Below, one piece after another: positions 53,558 through 63,061 of a stretch of 64,000 nucleotides of DNA. The notes under the pieces were generated by a model, which ran no database searches, was not told the DNA's origin, and saw only the letters and a program-made list of their open reading frames with translations. The position numbers and the translations under genes are program-made. Source of the DNA: Nitrosopumilaceae archaeon (GTDB lineage: Archaea; Thermoproteota; Nitrososphaeria; Nitrososphaerales; Nitrosopumilaceae); NCBI GenBank assembly GCA_965207375.1, contig OZ242274.1, positions 1,536,001 to 1,600,000 on the forward strand. Reading direction: 5' to 3'. Within the stretch, counting starts at the first letter, position 1, and the number at the start of each line of letters is the position of its first letter.

Positions 53558-55174
53558 CTAGACATCTGCTAGTGCCTTGATTAATGTATGTCTGTTAGAA
53601 TATCTCTTTTTGATCTGTTTGAGTGCGGATTCATATTGTTCATTGCTGTCAGGCATGTCTTTGAGAGCTGCAAGATACTCGATAACTCGCTTGTAGTGAT
53701 CCTTGCCGCTTTTTGCACCTACAAACTCTGTTAGTAGATTTGCAAAGCACGAGAGGTATCTCTGCGGATGTTTACGGAGCAGTTTGGATTTGTAATTTGT
53801 AAGCAACTCCATATCTGCTGTCTCTAAAATCTCCATGGCCAGATCATAAAGATCCTCTTTGAGGCATAGCTCAACTCCCATTTTAGGTGTCTTTTCTGTC
53901 ACTCTTTTTATAACTGCATATTTTGATTCGTTCCAGTCCTGCAAGATTTGCTTGAGTCTTACAATGTGACTCCAGTCTCCGGTGATACAGTAAAGTTTCT
54001 CAAGTGTATTGATTCTATCCTGTCCGTTTTCTGGCAGCAGGTCGTATGCTGCTTCTAACACCTTTGTCTCCTCTGGAAATGCAGTGATGGCCTTTTGCGC
54101 ATCGCTGCCTGCATTATCTATAGTCCTTAGCGCGTTTAGGTATCGTATACAGATATCGCTGTCCAAAGAGTAATGTTGATCAAGTAGTGCAACTATTTCT
54201 GTATGTTTGTTTGTATTCTCTAGTATGTGTGATTTCATACGTAGCATTTCTCCTAGTTGGTTACCGTCTGCATCTTTTGGTATGCTGACAAGCTGCTTCC
54301 AAAATTCCAAGTCTTTATCTGTACTACATATTGTTTCCAAGGCGGTACGATAGTATCTGGCAAGTCCGGTCCCTTTTGTAGCTGCTGCCTTTTCAAATAG
54401 ATATGATATGTATTCGCGTTTTTGTTCATGTGAGGTTTGCTGTCTTAATATGCATTCTACCATTCCCTCTACTGCTTCTATGAAACAGTCATTGTGGTAT
54501 CCTGTATCATCTGTTACCTTGTCTGTCCATTCAGACATTGTATCTACCATTACCCTGTACATTTTGGCAGCGGCTTGTGTCTTACCATCAATTCTAGCCT
54601 TGAGAGCATCATCAAAATAGTCACCAAGGTCTGGACTTGTTTTTATCTTTCCATTTGAGCCTGCAGCATGCTTGTACATCCCTACTAGTTCACTAGCATG
54701 TTTGCTCATCTGATATTCTGACCTTAGGTTACATTCTTTGATAAAACGGTGAAATACCTGCCCATCCTCTGCCATCATTTTAGTCAGAAATGCAGACAGC
54801 TTATCAGAGGGTATGCTAGAAATCATATAATCTACGGTATCTTCTGTTACCTTTCCGTATACGTCAATGTCCTCTGTATTCTCATTTAGATACAAAAACG
54901 TGGCAATTGCATGCGGACACATGTTTTCAAACATATAGCGTTGACATGTACAATTTATGTACAAATCATATTTGCGTTGTGCTTTTAAGCTGACAGAATA
55001 TTGACCGTTATCGTATACGGTTGCTTGTGCATTGTTTTTTCCCATCTGTACCTTGACTACACTTCCTTCTTGGTATAGTTTCTCTCCCTTTGCAAAATCA
55101 CTTTGATTACTCATCTCTCTTATTTGATCTATATTTGGAACATCGCTCCATTTGGCCTGTCGTCGTGTACCCAC
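53558..55174 (-). CDS. SWIM zinc-finger protein with long helical C-terminus
   Basis: CTC-x8-CPH SWIM motif preceded by the typical 'GEKLY.EG.V' segment. Confidence 0.85.
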   Translation of the reverse strand: MGTRRQAKWSDVPNIDQIREMSNQSDFAKGEKLYQEGSVVKVQMGKNNAQATVYDNGQYSVSLKAQRKYDLYINCTCQRYMFENMCPHAIATFLYLNENTEDIDVYGKVTEDTVDYMISSIPSDKLSAFLTKMMAEDGQVFHRFIKECNLRSEYQMSKHASELVGMYKHAAGSNGKIKTSPDLGDYFDDALKARIDGKTQAAAKMYRVMVDTMSEWTDKVTDDTGYHNDCFIEAVEGMVECILRQQTSHEQKREYISYLFEKAAATKGTGLARYYRTALETICSTDKDLEFWKQLVSIPKDADGNQLGEMLRMKSHILENTNKHTEIVALLDQHYSLDSDICIRYLNALRTIDNAGSDAQKAITAFPEETKVLEAAYDLLPENGQDRINTLEKLYCITGDWSHIVRLKQILQDWNESKYAVIKRVTEKTPKMGVELCLKEDLYDLAMEILETADMELLTNYKSKLLRKHPQRYLSCFANLLTEFVGAKSGKDHYKRVIEYLAALKDMPDSNEQYESALKQIKKRYSNRHTLIKALADV

Positions 55175-55640
55175 AAATGTAGAGATTACAAAGTCCTATA
55201 TTTTGTTATTGTATTGTTTTGCTTTGATCGGTATGTTTGATTCAAAAATTGTTTTGAAAATAACAAAATATTTTATGCTATTTTGATAACTATCAGATCT
55301 AGATTTTCACTTTTCTAGTTTATGAGGCGTTATACCTAAAATTAAATGTAAAAATTATCTACTCAGAATCAAATATTTAGTATAATGCACGGGTTTAGCT
55401 AGTAGCGTAACCCAAATTTTAGGCACGAAATTTTTTTATCCTTTTCACTAGTTTAGACAGAATTGTGCTATTGCTTACAATGATTTTGCTCAATTGATAA
55501 TTTGCTTTAACAACTTGAGCAGTTTTGAGACTAGGATTAACCTGTCAAAATCCAAAGCAGGTGGGACAGCAAAAAAATTCAAGAATTTCTGATCGGATGC
55601 TCTCCAAATATTAAAACAAGATAACTTTTGTAAAATAATC

Positions 55641-56525
55641 ATGAATGTGTTAGTTACTGGAGCATCTGGGTTTATTGGCTCAAATTTGGTTAAAAAGTTA
55701 AGAGATAATAACCATACAGTTACAGCGCTTGTAAATCAAAATGATGTCACAGTTCCAGCAGTTAAGATTGTAAGAGGTGACATAGCTGAATCACTTTTGG
55801 TATTTGAAGACAAGTACGATATCGTGTATCATCTGGCTGCTGTCACACCGCTTGAAAAAAATAAAAAAGTTCAACAGAAAATAAATTTTAAAGGCACAAT
55901 TAACTTTTATAACAAAATCAAAGATACGACAAATCATTTGGTGTATGTCTCTGGTCTGGGAGTGTTTGGACGCACAAATCATATCATTGACGAGTCTACT
56001 GCAAAAAACCCAGATACAGACTTTGCAAAAATAAGACTGGCAGCAGAGAGACATCTTGAGAAAGAATGTACCGAGAAAAACATTGGATTTTGTGTGGCAT
56101 ATTTGGGCGAGGTATACGGAAACGGAGGATGGTTTACATCGCAAATTCTTCCAAGATTAAAAAAAGGAAAATTCAAAATGCCAAAATCTGGAGATTATTT
56201 TAGAAGCTTTGTACACATAGATGATGCTGTTAATGCACTGTACGCAATAGGTCAAAGACAATCAGATGAAAGTTTTATTGTAACAGATTCTAATCCTGCA
56301 CTATTCAAAGATTTTATAAATTTTACAGCAGACAAGGTTGGAGTGTCACATCCTGGAAACATACCTACATTTTTGGCCAAGGCCGTACTAGGAGGAGATT
56401 TTATCAAACTCCTTACAACCCCTACAAAGGCATCAAACAAAAAAATTTCAGAAATTATAAAAATAAAGTTTCCAACATATCAAGAAGGACTAACGCAGGT
56501 TCTAGCAGAAATCAATCAAAGATAG
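55641..56525 (+). CDS. NAD-dependent epimerase/dehydratase
   Basis: VTGASGFIG, HLAA, FVHIDDA. Confidence 0.9.
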   Translation: MNVLVTGASGFIGSNLVKKLRDNNHTVTALVNQNDVTVPAVKIVRGDIAESLLVFEDKYDIVYHLAAVTPLEKNKKVQQKINFKGTINFYNKIKDTTNHLVYVSGLGVFGRTNHIIDESTAKNPDTDFAKIRLAAERHLEKECTEKNIGFCVAYLGEVYGNGGWFTSQILPRLKKGKFKMPKSGDYFRSFVHIDDAVNALYAIGQRQSDESFIVTDSNPALFKDFINFTADKVGVSHPGNIPTFLAKAVLGGDFIKLLTTPTKASNKKISEIIKIKFPTYQEGLTQVLAEINQR

Positions 56526-56899
56526 ATTTTTTTTGCATTCATCTTTTGCTCAAGCTTGTCAACTGCCTCGTTTAATGCATGAATGTTGTATTCTAGCAAG
56601 TTTGAAACATGATATAGCGTACCATATTTTTCCCCAATTTTAGAAACAAGATTGTTTTTCTCCATCACTTTGAGATGATGTTGTATTGCTTTGTAATCAA
56701 GATCTAATTCCTTGGAAAGCCTGTGTGTGTTGTATGGCTGGTCTAATAACAACATGATGATTCGTAGTCTCGTAAAACCACCGCGTGTGCCTGTAAACAT
56801 GTATAGTAGCAGTTTGCGTGTCTGTCTATCAATTTTGTGAGATGATTTGACGTTTTTTTGTATCTGCTCTTTGAATTCTAACAGTTGTACTGTATTCAT
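56516..56899 (-). CDS. ArsR-like winged-HTH regulator
   Basis: GTRGG..R..I, LDYKAIQHHL, YG.LY archaeal ArsR pattern. Confidence 0.85.
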   Translation of the reverse strand: MNTVQLLEFKEQIQKNVKSSHKIDRQTRKLLLYMFTGTRGGFTRLRIIMLLLDQPYNTHRLSKELDLDYKAIQHHLKVMEKNNLVSKIGEKYGTLYHVSNLLEYNIHALNEAVDKLEQKMNAKKIYL

Positions 56900-57014
56900 A
56901 CATGTACAATGAGTGAATTTAATTTAAAACGCTATCTCCAATTCATATCCAAATTCAATCCAGATATCTTCAAACAATTACCCTTAAATTGACTGTGCAA
57001 AAACTCGAAGTGAA

Positions 57015-57740
57015 ATGATGGGTTCTCGCGGCTATGATATGACGCCTACAATGTATTCTCCAGATGGCCGAATTTACCAAGTAGAGTATGCAATTGAGAC
57101 CGTAAAAAGAGGCACACTTGCAATAGGAGTTAGAAGCAACCAAGGTGTCATAGTAGCAGTAGAGGAAAAACCACGTGCATTACAAACATCAAACATTACT
57201 CAAAAGATCTTTCAAGTCGATCATCATATTGGGGTTGCCGCAGCAGGTTACATCCCAGATGCACGAGTCCAGGTAGATAGCGCTAGGACATTTTCAGCAG
57301 GAAATCGTCTAAATTATGATGAATCAGTCGAGGTTGAGACTGTGGCCAAATATTTGGCAGATCAATGCCATCAATTTACCCAATATTCTGGCGTTAGACC
57401 ATATGGTGTTGCATTAATTATTGCAGGAGTTGATCAAAAGGGCCAGGCGCTTTATGTTACGGATCCAAGCGGCACATTTGTCCCGTATTCTGCAGTGGCA
57501 ATTGGCGCAGGTTCTGATGAGGTAACTGACTTTTTAGAGAAAACATATTCTGCAGATTTGACTCTACAAGATGCAGCAGCACTAGCCATTGCTGCAATTA
57601 ACCTAAAGACTGACAAAAATGACACACAACACATTAAGATGGCAAGAGTTTCTACTGAGAAAAAAGTTCTTGAAAGAATTTCTGATGAGGAATTATCCAA
57701 ATATTCAGATTTGGCAAGCCAAAAATTCAAGCAAAGCTAG
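57015..57740 (+). CDS. psmA: Proteasome subunit alpha
   Basis: YD..TMYSPDGRIYQVEYA, VRPYGV, TDPSG. Confidence 0.97.
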   Translation: MMGSRGYDMTPTMYSPDGRIYQVEYAIETVKRGTLAIGVRSNQGVIVAVEEKPRALQTSNITQKIFQVDHHIGVAAAGYIPDARVQVDSARTFSAGNRLNYDESVEVETVAKYLADQCHQFTQYSGVRPYGVALIIAGVDQKGQALYVTDPSGTFVPYSAVAIGAGSDEVTDFLEKTYSADLTLQDAAALAIAAINLKTDKNDTQHIKMARVSTEKKVLERISDEELSKYSDLASQKFKQS

Positions 57741-57768
57741 ATTTTATTCTAGGGTAGGAATTTGGTGA

Positions 57769-58467
57769 TTGTTTTTGGGACTAGGAAGCAGTTATTGGAG
57801 CGAGGTAATTTACGTACTGCGCCAAATTATTCCAATATATGATAAAGTAAATTCATACATCTCTTTGGGAAAAGACAAAAAGCACAGAATCCGGGCAATT
57901 TCAGGCAGGGTATTTCCAGGAAATAAAATCCTCGATGCAGGTTCAGGTTTTGGAAACATGTCAAAGACTGCCCTAGAATTGTGCGATTATGATCTTTTAG
58001 TTACACTTTATGACCCATTGGTGCCAATGTTGCAAAATACAGGCACATTTTTTGAAAAACCTCCCGATATGGCAAACGGTGTATTTGAGCACATTCCGTT
58101 TAGAGATGAAGAGTTTGATGCTGTACTGTGTGGATATTCACTAAGAGATGCAATCAGTCTAAAAATTGCCATTAGAGAAATACATAGAGTTTTGAAAAAA
58201 GATGGAAGGTTTGTAATAGTGGATCTTGGAAAACCTGATGAACCATTTATTCGGGCAGGAGTTGCAATGTATCTGAGAATTTTCCTACCAATTATAGCAT
58301 TTGCAGCAGGTGGACGGTTGGGATTAAAGTTTGCAACACTTTATGGTACCTTTAAGAGATGGCCTGAAAATAAAAAACTAAAAGACATGCTGTTGGAAAA
58401 ATTCTCAAAAGTAGAATTTGAAAAGGATCTAATGGGTGGTGCAGTAATGATTGCTGCATACAAATGA
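57769..58467 (+). CDS. UbiE/MenG-type class I SAM methyltransferase
   Basis: YDKVN, LDAGSGFG, EIHRVLKKDG. Confidence 0.85.
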   Translation: MFLGLGSSYWSEVIYVLRQIIPIYDKVNSYISLGKDKKHRIRAISGRVFPGNKILDAGSGFGNMSKTALELCDYDLLVTLYDPLVPMLQNTGTFFEKPPDMANGVFEHIPFRDEEFDAVLCGYSLRDAISLKIAIREIHRVLKKDGRFVIVDLGKPDEPFIRAGVAMYLRIFLPIIAFAAGGRLGLKFATLYGTFKRWPENKKLKDMLLEKFSKVEFEKDLMGGAVMIAAYK

Positions 58468-58753
58468 AAAAGGTGTTGACCAAGTTTGGCATATTTGTTA
58501 TAGTTGCTATAATCTATCTGTTGAGACGTAGAAACAGAATCATTCGCACATAAACACGTCTCTTCCTCTACTGTCAAACAAATCAAAAGCACACACATCT
58601 AAATTGAATGTAAAAATCACCGATTGGTAAACAAACCACATTATAGTCATGAATGCATTATGGAGAAAACCCTTATTTTGGATCCCTATACCTTCACAGA
58701 ACCAAATAAACGACAGTTTTTATAATATTATATTATAATAATCATGTAGGAAT

Positions 58754-58954
58754 ATGACCCCAACCAATTCTATGTCTTGCATTAGTTGTTTCTCAAGATT
58801 ACGAAATGATGAATCCATAGGTAGTATAACTGAGGAAAAAATAACTGAGGAAAAAATAACTGAGGAAAAAATAACTGAGGAAAAAAAGGCACAAATCCTA
58901 GATGAGATCCTAAACACTCACTACAAGGTCTATGACAGATTGGCAGAAATATAG
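58754..58954 (+). CDS. Putative Phd-like antitoxin with tandem ITEEK repeats
   Basis: C-terminal LDEILNTHYKVYDRLAE resembles Doc-neutralising tails; its stop is immediately followed by the ATG of a Doc-like gene. Confidence 0.6.
   Translation: MTPTNSMSCISCFSRLRNDESIGSITEEKITEEKITEEKITEEKKAQILDEILNTHYKVYDRLAEI
58826..58885. repeat. Perfect 15-bp tandem repeat x4 (VNTR)
   Basis: (ATAACTGAGGAAAAA)4. Confidence 0.97.
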
Positions 58955-59085
58955 ATGTATTATCCTACAATCCAAGATATTGAATCCATAATTGAAAAAC
59001 TAAACAAGCGTTACAACATGAATGTAACTATAATGAATAGAGGTCAACTGGAATTTGCCTTAGAAAAACCAAAAATGAAAATTTT

Positions 59086-60580
59086 GTACTTGTTCACCTA
59101 TTTTTGAGCATTTTTGGCCCTAAATGTACCGAACCAGCTCTGCTAGATAATCCTGTCCCAGATTCTTCCAGGTAGTAACACACGTATACAGATTGCCTCT
59201 ACGCTCCATACTTTTTTCAGATCTGAGACATCCACGTATTCTCCTGCACACGACATACTCACGCAGGCTCTGCTCTGCAAGATTGCTTGTAGATGGTATA
59301 CGAGGGTCTATGACAAACCGGAACATGTCAGGTATGGCCCGTGACAGTTTTGCTACAAATTTACCCACAATTTCATCATTGGCATACCTTTTGACAAGGT
59401 TACGTGTTCTTTTTTCCAATTGTACAGCATATGATTCTCTGTAATCAGGTGGTTTGTCTAGGACATGTTTGCCGTCATGGTATATTTTCTGTAGGCATTG
59501 TAGTGTATTTTTTGCAATTTTAGAATCTGGATTCTTTTGTGATATTGTTTTGATTTCACGTATTAGGTGCGCGTTACATCTCTGGATGATATATCTGCGG
59601 TATGGAGGCCATCCGTCACAGGTAATGATTATATCTTGTGAGTCACCTATTATTTCCTTGAGTACGTCTGCTCCTCTGCTGGGATTAATTATATAGAAAT
59701 TCTCACTTGTAATTGGATTATGAAACGTCCACAACCATATAGTCTTTCCATGCAGTCGCTCTGATGTCTCATCTGCTATCAGAATCTCGGCTTCCTGTAT
59801 CTTTTCTTTTATCTCATTTGCAGGCACAAATAACGCATCAGAGACTGTATCTATGATGTTTTGAATACCTCCTTCAGATATTTCGATTCCACGTCTTTTC
59901 ATGGCCTCCTTGTTCATACGTACCGGCATGCGATGTATGTGATTATCCATTATCTCCTTTATCACTTCATTTCCAAACTGACCCTTTTTTGGAATGTCAA
60001 CCTCGGGTGTAATGTCAGTAGCTCCACAGCAGTTGCAATGATACCCATGAATCTTGTGCTTGCAAGTATGTGGAGGAGGAGTTTTCACAATATCAGTTAT
60101 TATCCTGATTTTGGTGTCTGTATGGTGTATGTCTTGAGAACCACACTTGGTACACGTGTCTAATTTGTGCTCTTTTTCTTCATCTACTTTGACCTTGCGG
60201 GCTACACCTGTGCGACCAGGTTGTCCTCCCTGTTTTTTTCCAGTAGATTTTTTGTTCTCTGCACGTATTTTGCGGTCCTGCTTGCGTGTAATGGAATCCT
60301 TAGATGGAGGAGTATTGGAATTGTCATGATAGTTGTCACGTTTGGTAAGCTCTTGAATTTTTTTATCTTTTTGTAGTAGGAGGTCATCTTTTTGTAATAT
60401 GATTTTTTGTAAACTTGATACTAGAGATTCAAGAAGAAGGACTTTTCGGTGTTCCTTTTTGTATGCACTTTTCCAGTTGATGGTACTCATTATACAACTT
60501 GTGAGTCAGAATGATTTAGATCTGATGGTGATCAAAATTTGAACAAATGGTGAAATTGTAGACACCACGTGAACAAGTAC
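59086..60580 (-). mobile_element. IS66-family (single-ORF, ISBst12-like) element
   Basis: Perfect 12-bp TIRs GTACTTGTTCAC / GTGAACAAGTAC; 8-bp TSD AAAATTTT at 59078-59085 and 60581-60588. Confidence 0.95.
59120..60490 (-). CDS. IS66 transposase
   Basis: NSNTPPSKD, GGQPGR, Zn finger, ADET, CDG, QRCNAHLIR, TSNLAEQSLR. Confidence 0.93.
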   Translation of the reverse strand: MSTINWKSAYKKEHRKVLLLESLVSSLQKIILQKDDLLLQKDKKIQELTKRDNYHDNSNTPPSKDSITRKQDRKIRAENKKSTGKKQGGQPGRTGVARKVKVDEEKEHKLDTCTKCGSQDIHHTDTKIRIITDIVKTPPPHTCKHKIHGYHCNCCGATDITPEVDIPKKGQFGNEVIKEIMDNHIHRMPVRMNKEAMKRRGIEISEGGIQNIIDTVSDALFVPANEIKEKIQEAEILIADETSERLHGKTIWLWTFHNPITSENFYIINPSRGADVLKEIIGDSQDIIITCDGWPPYRRYIIQRCNAHLIREIKTISQKNPDSKIAKNTLQCLQKIYHDGKHVLDKPPDYRESYAVQLEKRTRNLVKRYANDEIVGKFVAKLSRAIPDMFRFVIDPRIPSTSNLAEQSLREYVVCRRIRGCLRSEKSMERRGNLYTCVTTWKNLGQDYLAELVRYI

Positions 60581-62280
60581 AAAATTTTTAATCATGAACA
60601 GTATCCGCAACTTTACCAAAAATCTGCTATATTGATGGAGGCTCTGACGAAATCCCATGTGTTAAGTGATGGAAACAAACGATGTGCTATGATGGTAGCA
60701 GAGCTCATGATCAAAGTTAATGACTGTGAGTTGATTTTACCATTAAAATCGATTAGACTGTCAGTAGATACAGCGATGGACAAAGATGATGCTATGACAG
60801 AGGAAATTGAACAGTGGTTCAAAGTTCATACTGCAAAAAACAGTGACCAATTATCGATAATGTTAAGGGAGCATTTGGAAGAAGAATCCATCATCAATAG
60901 TTTACTAGAACAAAATAAAGACGAGAATGCAGAAGAACTACTAGGCAATTGGATGTCATTTGATAATTATCCCGAATACAAAGCGAAATGGGAAAAACTT
61001 GTAAAGCAATGGAAAAAAAGAAACATGAGCCAAAATACCGACAAGATACACACAACAATAATTTGGAATATCTTAGGCAGCATAAGTCAGTACGAAGTTG
61101 GACATCCAGATCATAATAGCATCAAGATTACAAGGATTGAGGATTTGAGCGTGATAAATCACACGTTAAAAGAGCTGAAAAAATACGAGAAAAAAATCAG
61201 AATCCATGAAAAACAATTGACAAATCCAAATCACCTTGATTTGTTATACAACAAAGGGTTTATTCTGTCACAGTTTGGGAGATCCGATAAATTACTAGAG
61301 GTATACAATAGGATCATCGGCATAAAACCTGATGAAGCTCACGCATACTATCACCGAGGAACTATATATGGCAAATTTTTCAATGACCATAAAAAAGCCC
61401 TGAAAGATTTTCAAAAATGTGTGAAAATGGGAGAGCAAACACAAGAAATTCATCACAACATAGTATATTCATTGTTTATGTTAGGCAAATATGATGAGGC
61501 AATAAAACATTGTGATGAGTGCATACCAAATAGTGCAAAAGTATCTGAATTTTATCGAATCAAAGGAATGTGTATGTATGAAAAAAATAGTTTGGATGAA
61601 GCAGAAAAAGCCATCAGAACTGCAATAAAACTAGATTCTAGTAATTCTTCATATATGGCAAGTCTAGGGGATGTACTTTTGGAGAAAAGAAATTACAAAA
61701 AAGCGATAAAGTGTTACGAGTATGCAGTATCAAAAAACCCTGAATTTATTTCCTTCAGATATGCATTAGCACATGCATATTCTGCAACAGGTCAAAATGA
61801 TAAGGCAGAACAGAGTTACTGTTTTATTTTGGAAACTGATGAAAATAACATTGAAACGTTGATCAATTACGGGGCATTGTTATCCAACAGAGGTGAGTAC
61901 AACAAGGCACTCAAGCTTTTGGATAAGGCATTAGACATCAATCCCATACATGAAATAGCATTGATCAATGCTGGGATCACTTGTTCTAAGATTGGAAAAT
62001 ATGAAAAGGCCATGAACCATTTTCAAAGAGCCGTAAACCTGTATCCTAAAAATAGAGATGCATCATATGGCAAGGCGGTAGTTTTTATGCAACAAAACAA
62101 AATAGATGACTCTCTGATCTGGATTGAAAATACCATTAGAATAGATCCCAATATCAAGAAAGAATTTTTAACCGATGCAACGTTTGAAAGAATTAAAAAC
62201 TCTATACGGTTTAAAAAAATAACAAGCACCTTGACCTTTTAAAATCATATGCGTAAAAACCCTCAAATCGTAATAGTGGC

Positions 62281-62371
62281 ATAACCCTGCCCAAAATTTT
62301 TCAAAATTTGCAATTTTCAGACCAGATTCGGTCCAGGAGAAATCAATTTGATGATATAATAGACAAAGTTT
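62281..62371 (+). mobile_element. Partial copy of the IS5 left-end region
   Basis: Near-identical to 5761-5851; ends abruptly at a MITE. Confidence 0.85.
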
Positions 62372-62484
62372 GTACATACTCAGGTCGCCTCTGATTCTGT
62401 GTAGTTTTTGAACATACATGAAAATTTCATCTATGTAAATTTCCAGGGCCGCATGCCTGAAAAATTTACGATCTGAGTTTGTAC
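62372..62484 (+). repeat. MITE-like repeat
   Basis: GTACATACTCAGGTCG...CGATCTGAGTTTGTAC. Confidence 0.85.
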
Positions 62485-62682
62485 TTACGTGCTATACAAC
62501 GACCCAGACGAGACATTAAAAGTAAAAACTCACCAATATTTGCAGGGTGTGATATTTATTACAATTTCATGCGGAGACACTCAAGCCTTGTAGGCAGGAC
62601 ACCTGTAGAGGCTGCAGGTATAACCATACACGGACAAAAGTGGAGGACGATACTATCAAACGCTGCACTATACGTGCAATAA
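62485..62682 (+). pseudogene. IS6-like/DDE transposase C-terminal fragment
   Basis: YYNFMRRHSSL.GRTP.EAAGI motif. Confidence 0.65.
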
Positions 62683-62859
62683 TCTCTAATGTCAAGTCAC
62701 ATGTGATGAAATAGTGGTAACTTGGAAAGATTGTGTTGCTAATGTGTGATTGTTCTGCTTGTACAGGCAGAAATCTAGGCACAGGCAATCCAGAGAAAAT
62801 TTACATATTGACTTTTACCAACAATTAACGCAGAAGAATCAGGTCAAGAATATGTTTTT

Positions 62860-63012
62860 ATTATTCACTGATACTGTGCAACGAGTGGATAATTATCAGA
62901 TCTATTCTTTGTGACGATACACAAAGTATTATGACCATGCTAGTTTTCAAAGTACAGATGGATTTTGAGTTGATGTATTAGTTCAAGCTGCCACCAGAGT
63001 AGGATTTGGGCT
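62860..63012 (+). pseudogene. Second, degraded copy of the ISH3 transposase 3' end
   Basis: Highly similar to ~26515-26673 (GAGTGGATAATTATCAG...CTAGTTTTCAAAGTACA...TAGGATTTGGG). Confidence 0.8.
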
Positions 63013-63061
63013 ATATGCAGTAACCAATCAGATATTAGTAAATGCATTTTACAGCATAGCA

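Larger units (their letters stand above)
58955..62242 (+). pseudogene. Fic/Doc-domain + TPR-array protein interrupted by IS66 (reconstructs to 594 aa)
   Basis: 5' part MYYPTIQDI...RGQLEFALEKPKMKI joins in frame to FNHEQYP...HVLSDGNKR after removing the IS and one TSD copy; multiple C-terminal TPRs. Confidence 0.88.

Noticed and set aside
55175-55640. Long AT-rich intergenic region with an 18-bp match (AATTTTAGGCACGAAATT) to ~44290
   Set aside because: Probably a scrap of another degraded repeat; too little sequence to define an element or RNA.
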